This document shows, in pieces, positions 56,704 through 64,000 of a stretch of 64,000 nucleotides of DNA. The notes below the pieces were generated by a model. It was not told the DNA's origin and made no database searches. It worked only from the letters and a program-made list of their open reading frames with translations. How positions within the stretch are numbered: the stretch's first letter is position 1; every line of letters begins with the position of its first letter. A program made the position numbers and the translations under genes. Source of the DNA: Spirochaetia bacterium. GTDB lineage: Bacteria; Spirochaetota; Spirochaetia; CADAEX01. The stretch covers positions 1,024,001-1,088,000 of the forward strand of contig OY759746.1 in NCBI GenBank assembly GCA_963662795.1, given 5' to 3'.

Positions 56704-57630
56704 TTAAATTTTTAATATTTCATCTATTTTTCCTGCAGGAAGGCAAATAGCATCCCCGCCTGCAGCTTTCCAGAGTCCGGCAAGTACTGTTCCCGGCCCT
56801 GATTCAATACACATTTCAACTTTTTCATTTAAAAGTTCTTTTTCTTCATTTACCCAGAGTACCGCAGAGGTGAGCTGTCTTGAACAAAGTATTTTGGCTT
56901 CTTCTCCGGATGTTACCAGTTTGCCTGTAACATTGGAATACACCTTTTTGACAGGGTCGCTGAAATTGTATTTTTCAAGAACACCCGCATATTCTGTTTC
57001 AGCGTCCTTCATAAGCGGGCAGTGGAACGGCCCTGAAACCTTCAGCCTTATAAATCTTCTTGCCCCGGCTTCCTTTAACATCACTTCTGATGAGGAGAGG
57101 GCGCTGTCAGTACCTGATATCACAATCTGGGAAGGACTGTTGTAATTTGCTATAAAAACTTCATTAAGGCCTGAATTTTCTAAAACACTGTCCACAGTAT
57201 CATAATCAAGTCCGATAACAGCAGCCATTCCGGGAGACCCTGCAGGTGAATCCATAGACCTGCTTACTTTTTCCATAATGCTGCCCCGTTCCCTTACAAT
57301 TCCAAATACCGATTCAGTATTTATGATACCGGCATCCCAGAATGCGGATACCTCGCCAAGGCTGAACCCCGCACATATATCGCTTTCTATACCGCGTTCC
57401 TTTAGAAGCATTGAAGAGGCAATATTTACAAGTGTTACAGCTGTCTGTGTTTTGTCTGTTGGTTTTAATTCTTCTTCAGATCCATGGAACAGCAGTTTCT
57501 GCAGGTCAAGTCCCGCACTTTCGGACGCTGTCCTGAACAGATCCTTGATTTTATCGCTGTAGTCCCAAAGGTCTTTACCCATCCCTGGATATTGAGCTCC
57601 CTGGCCCGGGTACAAAAAACACTTCTTCAT
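56704..57630 (-). CDS. fabD: Malonyl-CoA:ACP transacylase
   Basis: PGQGAQ, GFSLGE (GxSxG), NYNSPSQIVISG, VSGPFH and GPG.VL motifs. Confidence 0.95.
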   Translation of the reverse strand: MKKCFLYPGQGAQYPGMGKDLWDYSDKIKDLFRTASESAGLDLQKLLFHGSEEELKPTDKTQTAVTLVNIASSMLLKERGIESDICAGFSLGEVSAFWDAGIINTESVFGIVRERGSIMEKVSRSMDSPAGSPGMAAVIGLDYDTVDSVLENSGLNEVFIANYNSPSQIVISGTDSALSSSEVMLKEAGARRFIRLKVSGPFHCPLMKDAETEYAGVLEKYNFSDPVKKVYSNVTGKLVTSGEEAKILCSRQLTSAVLWVNEEKELLNEKVEMCIESGPGTVLAGLWKAAGGDAICLPAGKIDEILKI

Positions 57631-57732
57631 TTTTCCTCCTGAAAAGCATCAGTCAACATGAAAATAAACGGCGGAAAGTTAGCACATGAGTTAAAATAAA
57701 GTCAATAACAAAAAAGTATATTTCAGGAAAAT

Positions 57733-59940
57733 TCAGACCTCATCGGTAAGTTCTTCAGGTTCATCATCGCTGAGCTCTTCCGGTTCTTTCGGGGTTAGTT
57801 CGTCTGTCAGCTCAGGAATGTCCGTATCCGCGTCCGCATCTTCAAGTTCCTCAAGATTCTCATCGGGACTGTTTGATTCAGGTGATTTAAGAGGTTCCTC
57901 AGCAGCTGGTATCTCATCCGGCTCCTCAGATTCAGGTTCTTCAAGGGTTTCACCGGGCGGCATTTCCTCTTCAAACTCATCAGGAGGTACAGTCCCCTCC
58001 TGGTCAGGTTCTTCAAACTCTTCGAGCTCTTCGAGCTCCTCATAAACATCAGGTTCAGACTCTTCAACCGCCTCCGGATCCTCAGATTCAAGCTCTTCGA
58101 GCTCCTCATAAGCACCCTCCGCCGTTGCGGGATCCCCGGCTTCCGGTAATACCGGATAATCCTCAGGCAGTTCTTCCGCAGACAATTCAGGAATATTTCC
58201 TGAAACATCTTCGGAAAGTTCTTCAACATTTTCCCATTCAAGACTGCCCGTGCTTGCTCCGTATTCGACAAGGGCGGCTCTGATTGTCAGAAAAAAGGTA
58301 GGATAAATCATGTCGTAGAAATATGTTCTGTAATAAATCGCCAGTTTTTTCTTTCTGAAATATGAAATAACAGAACCGGCAATATCTTCCGAATCAGTTG
58401 AACCCTCTGAAGGGACAGCCGAATTTTCCCTGGTATAATTTGCTGTTTTTGTATGAATATGCCCGGGCATTGAATTTACCCTGTCCTGATACATCCCCAG
58501 CTTGCAGAACATTTCATAAAGAGTATAGGTTATTTTAATGAATTTTTTGACCAGCTCTGTGTCATTATCCAGTTTTTCCAGAAACAGCCTGTATTTGGCA
58601 GGATACATTATTTTGAGAATCTCTTCCTTCCTGAGATTTACCCCTTTCTGAATAAATACAGACTCAATGGCATTGATGACAAATTTATTTCCCCTGTAAT
58701 ATTCAAGAAGTTCAACAATTTTATCAAATCCCGCCTCCCCTTTATTAAGGAGGAGCCTTACCTGGTCAGAAAGAGCTTCAGGCAGGGAAGGATTTACCTG
58801 TACGCTGTAGCTTTCAAAAACTGCATTTTTTTTATCTTTAAGAAGTACTTTTTTGTACTGAAAGAGTTCATCAATTGTAATATCCTTGAAGTAACCCATT
58901 TTAGTCTGGGCTTCCCGTTTAAATTGATTAAAATAATCTTCAACAACTCCGACTTCAGTAAGCGCGTCAAAGAATTTTTTTGAGATCCGCAAGCCCCCGA
59001 TAGGAGCAGTAGACTCCATCCGCTTTGCTTCAATAACAGGCATGCCTATTACGTCCCATTGTTTTGCGCCGGCAGGACCGAAATTGCCTATAGTTACATC
59101 ACCTACATTTGCACCGATCCTGATCCTTATCTGAAAAAGGGCATTTATGGAATAGGCGAATTCGCTTCCCGATCTAAGGTTGCTTATTATATCAAAGGCT
59201 TTTCTGACAGCTGTTATAGTTTCAGGATCCACTGTTTCATCGAAAAAAGATTCATCAGCCTGATTAAACAGAAAACAGATTCTCTGAAGCTCCACACATG
59301 TGTAAAAAAGTTCATGGGCTATATGCCTTACAGCATCTTCTTCCTTCATATGGCGTACAACAGGATCTGTAAGACCTCCGAAATGAAACATTATGCTGTC
59401 GCCTTCAATTTTATTTAAATAGCCGGACCTCTTAATCAATACCCAGTTAAATGCTGAAAAAAGACCGTTAAGAACAGTCTGATTTTCCATGGGGCTTAAA
59501 AACTTGGAAAGATATGAGTAATCAGCAAGATCGACAAATGCTATTCCGATTTTTGTTTCAATTGAATTTTCAGGAATCTGGCCAAGCTCTATAATGGCAT
59601 CTATAAGCTGCCTGGGAAGATAGAATTCCTCGATTTCTCTTCTGAATTTTATCTCCTTGGATGCTTTTGCGAGAGCTTCTTCAAGCGCGTCGCTGCCTTT
59701 ACCGGCATCAGCTAAATTTTCCCTTGCTTCCCTGATTGAACTTTCAAGGATGCCTCCTGCCTTTTCAATATTTTCCTTTATTATTTCACGTATTTTTTCT
59801 ATATATGTATCTTCTGTTTCAGGGGATGTGTTATTATGCAGAAGTTCTTCAAGATAATTAACTATATAAGCCGGTTTTAAAGCATATTTTTCAGTAATAT
59901 AGAGAGCATGTGCATATATTGATTTCGAGTCAAATACCAT
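57733..59940 (-). CDS. Class III adenylate/guanylate cyclase domain protein with a long acidic C-terminal tail
   Basis: AFVDLADYS, NKIEGDSIM, RIRIGANVG and WDVIG.PVIEAKRMES motifs; the last ~165 aa are dominated by E, D and P. Confidence 0.85.
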   Translation of the reverse strand: MVFDSKSIYAHALYITEKYALKPAYIVNYLEELLHNNTSPETEDTYIEKIREIIKENIEKAGGILESSIREARENLADAGKGSDALEEALAKASKEIKFRREIEEFYLPRQLIDAIIELGQIPENSIETKIGIAFVDLADYSYLSKFLSPMENQTVLNGLFSAFNWVLIKRSGYLNKIEGDSIMFHFGGLTDPVVRHMKEEDAVRHIAHELFYTCVELQRICFLFNQADESFFDETVDPETITAVRKAFDIISNLRSGSEFAYSINALFQIRIRIGANVGDVTIGNFGPAGAKQWDVIGMPVIEAKRMESTAPIGGLRISKKFFDALTEVGVVEDYFNQFKREAQTKMGYFKDITIDELFQYKKVLLKDKKNAVFESYSVQVNPSLPEALSDQVRLLLNKGEAGFDKIVELLEYYRGNKFVINAIESVFIQKGVNLRKEEILKIMYPAKYRLFLEKLDNDTELVKKFIKITYTLYEMFCKLGMYQDRVNSMPGHIHTKTANYTRENSAVPSEGSTDSEDIAGSVISYFRKKKLAIYYRTYFYDMIYPTFFLTIRAALVEYGASTGSLEWENVEELSEDVSGNIPELSAEELPEDYPVLPEAGDPATAEGAYEELEELESEDPEAVEESEPDVYEELEELEEFEEPDQEGTVPPDEFEEEMPPGETLEEPESEEPDEIPAAEEPLKSPESNSPDENLEELEDADADTDIPELTDELTPKEPEELSDDEPEELTDEV

Positions 59941-59943
59941 AAC

Positions 59944-60735
59944 TTATACTTTATCCCTTTTAATTATATTATATATCGGCAGACAGTATGTTAAAAATTT
60001 ACCTTCAATTTCAAGCTTTGTCACTTTTACATTGGCAGAATAGAATTTTTTAATGTTTTCACCAGTAATTATTTCCTCAGTAGCGCCGCACCGGGATATC
60101 CCCCCCCTTCCAAGGAAAATTGACCTGTCGGAAACAGCAAGGGCGTGGGACGGATCGTGAGTTGAAAAAATAATTGTAGACCCTGATTTCAGGGAGAGCT
60201 CCGAGAGCAGTTCAAGCATCCGTTCCTGATTTTTTATATCAAGATCGCTTGTCGGTTCATCAAGAAGAAGTACTTCCGCCCCTGAGGCAAGTGCCCTTGC
60301 AATCAGTGTCAGCTGTTTTTCCCCCCCGCTGATTTCGGAAAACCTCCGCTGTGAAAGTTCCTCAATTCCCGCCTTTTTAAGAGCTTCATACGCTTTTTCC
60401 CTGTCAAGCTCTCCCGGAGAAGAAAAAAGGCCCAGATGCCCGGCCCTTCCAAGAAGAACCATGTTGTAAACTGTGTAATTTACTCCTGTTGAAAAAATCT
60501 GGGGAACATATGAGACTTCCTTCCCGATTTCAAACTTTCCTGAGTATTTTTTCAGCAGCCCTGCAAGTATTTTGAGGAGCGTAGTCTTGCCGACACCATT
60601 TGGTCCAAGTACGGCAAGAATTTCCCCCTGCAGGAGGGAAAGGGAGAGATCTGATATCAGCTTACCTGAACCGTATGAAAAGGAGAGATTATTTACGGTG
60701 ATTATTGCCGGTCCTTTTTTTGACATATCAGACAA
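59944..60735 (-). CDS. Iron-siderophore/cobalamin-type ABC ATPase
   Basis: GPNGVGKTT, ISGGEKQ, LLLDEPT and STHD motifs. Confidence 0.92.
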   Translation of the reverse strand: MSDMSKKGPAIITVNNLSFSYGSGKLISDLSLSLLQGEILAVLGPNGVGKTTLLKILAGLLKKYSGKFEIGKEVSYVPQIFSTGVNYTVYNMVLLGRAGHLGLFSSPGELDREKAYEALKKAGIEELSQRRFSEISGGEKQLTLIARALASGAEVLLLDEPTSDLDIKNQERMLELLSELSLKSGSTIIFSTHDPSHALAVSDRSIFLGRGGISRCGATEEIITGENIKKFYSANVKVTKLEIEGKFLTYCLPIYNIIKRDKV

Positions 60736-61735
60736 CCCAGCTCCCCTTTGATTTTACAAGAAGATAAATAAATACGGGTGTACCGATAAATGCAGTTATT
60801 ACTCCAAGCGGGATTTCAACCGGAGCAATAATTCTGGCTGAAATATCTATCAGCATAAAAAGGATCGCGCCGGCAATTGCGGAAGCAGGAAGCAGCTTCT
60901 CATGGTCAGAACCGACAACCATTCTTGCCATGTGCGGAACAATGAGCCCCACCCAGCCTACTATTCCTCCAACAGAAACGACAGCAGAGACGGCAAGTGT
61001 TGAAAAGAAAAGGATAAAGACAAGGCTTTCACCGGTTTTTACTCCAAGGGATTTTGCAGCATCCATTCCAAGAGAAAGGGCATTAATCCGCCATCTTGCA
61101 GCTATCAAAAGAAGAGAGCTTATAATTATAAGAGGCATCGTAAAGTAAAAATGCTCTTTGCCTGTCTGGGAGAGGGACCCCATAAGCCAGTAAACAATCG
61201 AAGGAAGCTGATCCTCGGAATCAGCAATTATTTTAAGAAATGATATTCCTGCCTGAAAAAACATATTTACCACTACCCCGGCCAGGATAAAAACAAGTAT
61301 GGCGTTTCCCCCTGTTTTACCTGTTATGGATAAAGTCATGAGAAGAGCGGCAAAACCGAAAATAAACGCAAAAAGCTGCGCGCCGATACCCCAGCCGAAA
61401 AGCAATATACCCAGGGCTGCCCCGAATCCGGCGCCTGATGTAACGCCTATTACGCCGGGGCTTACAAGAGGGTTTCTGAATATCCCCTGGTAAACTGCGC
61501 CGCAGACGGAAAGGCCCATCCCCGATACAGCTGCCATGGCTACCCGCGGCAGCCGGAGGTTAAGAACCACTGATTCCTCCACAGGAAGCCAGTTTTTATC
61601 AAATCCGAATAAAGGCTGAAAAAGTATTTCCAGAACCCTGAAAAAGGGTATATGGTATCTTCCCGCCGAGAGGCCTATAAGAAAAACTGCAGCCGCCGCG
61701 GGAACAAGAAAGAAGTATATCTTTTTCAGGGGCAT
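60728..61735 (-). CDS. FecCD/BtuC-family ABC permease
   Basis: LRLPR, QGIFRNPLVSP, GWVGLIVPH and EIPLGVITAFIG.P.F motifs. Confidence 0.93.
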   Translation of the reverse strand: MPLKKIYFFLVPAAAAVFLIGLSAGRYHIPFFRVLEILFQPLFGFDKNWLPVEESVVLNLRLPRVAMAAVSGMGLSVCGAVYQGIFRNPLVSPGVIGVTSGAGFGAALGILLFGWGIGAQLFAFIFGFAALLMTLSITGKTGGNAILVFILAGVVVNMFFQAGISFLKIIADSEDQLPSIVYWLMGSLSQTGKEHFYFTMPLIIISSLLLIAARWRINALSLGMDAAKSLGVKTGESLVFILFFSTLAVSAVVSVGGIVGWVGLIVPHMARMVVGSDHEKLLPASAIAGAILFMLIDISARIIAPVEIPLGVITAFIGTPVFIYLLVKSKGSWVV

Positions 61736-61754
61736 ATGCCGGTCCCGGTTCTCA

Positions 61755-62897
61755 TCAGAAAATACCGCTCCCTGCAGGGTTTAGGATATTATGAATTTCA
61801 ACATCGGTCAGAGCGTAATTAAAATATTTTTTGTAGTATTCCCTTATTTCCCTGTCCATGTCCCAGTTAAAAAGATCGGGATAGTTTTTAACCGCCATCC
61901 ATTTCAGCATCAGAGGTCCGTCGAGAGAAGGGGGATACCATCTGTAATTTCCAAGCGGTATTTTATAAACAGTTCTGTTTTTGTAAGCTGATGTCCCTGA
62001 CCAGTCCTGCCCCTGTATTGCATTGCTGTAAATATCTTCAGGCATAGTCTCTGCGAAGTTGGTAAGATAAACAATATCAGGGTTCCATTTAAGCACCTGT
62101 TCAAAATCAGCTATCTTAACCATAGCGGGATGATTTGCCGTAACTTCATCCGCGCAGTTTATACCTCCGGTTGATGCGATCCAGTACTGGCCGAAAGAAT
62201 TGCCGCCCGCGACCATATTCCCGGACGCTTTAAATACAATAAGTATTTTTTTCTTTTTTTCATCAGGTATTGAAGCTGTCTTTTCCGCAATCTCTTTTTT
62301 TACACTCTCCCATTCTTCAAATATCGCACCTGCCTTTTTCTTTTCTGAGCCCAGCACTGATGCGGTTATATCAACCCATCCCCTGATTGATTTTTCAGGG
62401 CTGTAAAATTCAATTTCCTTATCCCTGTAAATCATCCTGTCCTTTTCAAGACCTAAATAAATTACAGGCAGCCCTGATTCCTTGAGTTTCTCCATCCCCT
62501 GAAGCACCTGATCAGTAAAAAAGACATCAGGTTTTATTTTCAAGAGCTCTTCCGTATTAAGAAGACTTCCCGTCAGGAAGTTGTCCTCTGCCTCAAGAAG
62601 GGAAGGGGCAATTCTGGAGAGAACTGAGACTTCAGCCGCTTTTTTGGCAAGGGGGTGAAGTCCCTTTATCCTTTTCGCGTTACCGTCAAGATATACGATT
62701 ATATGGGGAAGAGGCGCCGGGAATGCCGCGATTGATTTTATTTCGCCCGGCAATTCTACAGTTTCACCGCGGCTGTCTGTAACAGAAAATGATTTGCTTT
62801 CACTTTGCTCAGAAACACCCCGGCCTGAAGCTGTTTTTCCGCATGAAACAGCAAAAAACAATAAGGAGATAAGAAAATAGAGTAGTATTTTTTTCAA
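61755..62897 (-). CDS. Iron/cobalamin-type ABC substrate-binding lipoprotein
   Basis: Lipobox FAVS-C; VTDSRG..V.LP, EELLKIKPD, FEQVLKWNPD and AYKNRTVY motifs. Confidence 0.9.
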   Translation of the reverse strand: MKKILLYFLISLLFFAVSCGKTASGRGVSEQSESKSFSVTDSRGETVELPGEIKSIAAFPAPLPHIIVYLDGNAKRIKGLHPLAKKAAEVSVLSRIAPSLLEAEDNFLTGSLLNTEELLKIKPDVFFTDQVLQGMEKLKESGLPVIYLGLEKDRMIYRDKEIEFYSPEKSIRGWVDITASVLGSEKKKAGAIFEEWESVKKEIAEKTASIPDEKKKKILIVFKASGNMVAGGNSFGQYWIASTGGINCADEVTANHPAMVKIADFEQVLKWNPDIVYLTNFAETMPEDIYSNAIQGQDWSGTSAYKNRTVYKIPLGNYRWYPPSLDGPLMLKWMAVKNYPDLFNWDMDREIREYYKKYFNYALTDVEIHNILNPAGSGIF

Positions 62898-62954
62898 TCA
62901 GCTGCCTCCTGGACAAAAAAAACATATGATGGCAGCTGATTATAAACCTTATTT

Positions 62955-63203
62955 TCAGATTGTTAAATATTTTGCTGAAACATTATCAATCCTGTTCAGT
63001 TTTTCAACCATTGTTTTGATGGTTTTTTCCTCATCTACAACCTCCAGAAAGATGAGACCGGAAGGTGAACAGGTGTTGCCCGGAATATCGTGAAGTCCGA
63101 GCCTTACTTTTATGCTGCAGCCGTACTCTGTAAGAACTTTTTGTACATCGTTTGCCGCATCCTCTCTTTTATCAACCTTGATTATAATTAATTTGTATTC
63201 CAT
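62955..63203 (-). CDS. Small ACT-like protein related to the TM1266 'iron-only hydrogenase system regulator' family
   Basis: VQKVLTEYGC.IKVRLGLH......C...GLI.LEV. Start moved to ATG 63203. Confidence 0.7.
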   Translation of the reverse strand: MEYKLIIIKVDKREDAANDVQKVLTEYGCSIKVRLGLHDIPGNTCSPSGLIFLEVVDEEKTIKTMVEKLNRIDNVSAKYLTI

Positions 63204-63210
63204 AAATGAA

Positions 63211-63239
63211 ATTTTAGTTTTTAACAAACTTCCTGTCAA
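63211..63239 (-). promoter_or_regulatory. Sigma70 promoter, leaderless geometry (TM1266-like gene)
   Basis: TTGACA-17 bp-TAAAAT-7 nt-ATG, with no SD. Confidence 0.7.
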
Positions 63240-63377
63240 ATAATATTATTGAATCCAATAGCAGATTGCAATTTTAACCGTGCTGTTTTAAAATAACGAA
63301 AATATGGTCATTTTTTCCGCCTGTTTTTCAGAAAATTTCAAATTGCCAGCGACTCTAGGACCAGAAGGGAGACCAAT

Positions 63378-64000
63378 ATGAGTAATCTGTTCAAAGGAAG
63401 AAGTCTTGCCGTTATCGATGATTTTTCCCTCGATGAGAGACTTTTTCTTTTTGAAAAAGCAAAAGAACTAAAAAAACTTCTTCAGGAAAACAATAAGCGC
63501 GAACTTGAGAAATACAGAATCAATGACAGTGATTTCGGCGTCTATGAGGTTTTTATTGAAGATTCAACCAGAACAAAGGAATCATTCAAGAATGCAGCTG
63601 AATTCCACAGGGTAAAACTGAGTAATCTTGAGGCAAATCACTCTTCAATAAACAAAAGCGAGAGCTTTGCAGATACATTCAATACCCTTTGCGGATACGA
63701 TAACCTGGTTTTTATAGTAAGAAGCAAACAGGAAGGGCTCTGCAGATGGCTTGAGGAGAACGGAAAACTCTATGCCGGAAGAAACAGGATGAAACAGACT
63801 CCCTCATTTATAAATGCGGGAGACGGCAAACATGAACATCCCACTCAGGAGCTTCTTGATGAATTTACTTTTCTCGAAAGAAATAAATGGAACAGGACCA
63901 GTTTTCATATCGCGCTTGTTGGAGATCTTTATCACGGAAGGACGGTTCATTCAAAAGCAGACGGACTGACAATTTTTAAAAACGTTAAAATTGATCTTGT
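63378..64000 (+). CDS. pyrB: Aspartate carbamoyltransferase, N-terminal part (possibly a fused PyrBI; runs off the window)
   Basis: Not in the ORF track. Translation from ATG 63378: MSNLFKGRSL...FIEDSTRTKESF...INAGDGKHEHPTQELLD...ALVGDLYHGRTVHS. GGGAG RBS. Confidence 0.93.
   Translation, partial: MSNLFKGRSLAVIDDFSLDERLFLFEKAKELKKLLQENNKRELEKYRINDSDFGVYEVFIEDSTRTKESFKNAAEFHRVKLSNLEANHSSINKSESFADTFNTLCGYDNLVFIVRSKQEGLCRWLEENGKLYAGRNRMKQTPSFINAGDGKHEHPTQELLDEFTFLERNKWNRTSFHIALVGDLYHGRTVHSKADGLTIFKNVKIDL

Noticed and set aside
54687-57630. fab cluster as a polyketide or secondary-metabolite locus
   Set aside because: Canonical fabD-fabG-fabF motifs, with no tailoring enzymes or chain-length factor.
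57679-57706. TTAGCAC as a CIRCE half-site
   Set aside because: There is no second arm. It is better explained as the fabD promoter (TTGACT...TGnTAACTT) on the minus strand. No CIRCE was seen at htpG either.
57807-58271. Alternative-frame ORFs over the cyclase tail
   Set aside because: By-products of low-complexity Glu codon repeats.
63345-63377. PyrR-binding attenuator upstream of pyrB
   Set aside because: GACCAGAAGGG only loosely resembles the PyrR loop, doubles as the RBS, and has no following terminator.

Overview
A gene-dense bacterial chromosome segment with most genes on the minus strand. It most likely comes from an anaerobic spirochaete (inferred from a Treponema/Thermotoga-like aspartate carbamoyltransferase, an 'FAGG' spirochaetal signal peptide, a FlgD-Ig-tailed giant surface protein and an [FeFe]-hydrogenase-like gene). 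I found no rRNA, tRNA, CRISPR array, transposase or phage genes. Main contents: (1) a 3113-aa secreted protein with about 5.6 mosaic 903-bp tandem repeats and a C-terminal FlgD-Ig/T9SS-CTD-like tail; (2) a TRAP transporter plus USP, htpG, an aminopeptidase and a hybrid kinase; (3) a stand-alone uncharacterised GHKL (MORC/Hsp90-like) ATPase; (4) an apparently undescribed catabolic operon (membrane AraC sensor, Dpp-type ABC importer, CehA/McbA PHP hydrolase, atypical PLP enzyme, D-serine dehydratase) inside a larger serine/threonine catabolic neighbourhood (tdh-kbl, XRE-cupin regulator, sdaAB-sdaAA); (5) an ECF transporter coupled to an RsbT-like kinase and a sensory-type [FeFe]-hydrogenase; (6) fabD-fabG-fabF; (7) an iron/cobalamin-type ABC importer flanked by a TM1266-like ACT protein and an atypical class III cyclase with an acidic tail; and (8) the start of pyrB. 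Many genes have a -10 box 6-8 nt before the ATG and no Shine-Dalgarno, which suggests frequent leaderless mRNAs. All calls come from reading motifs by eye; no database search was run.
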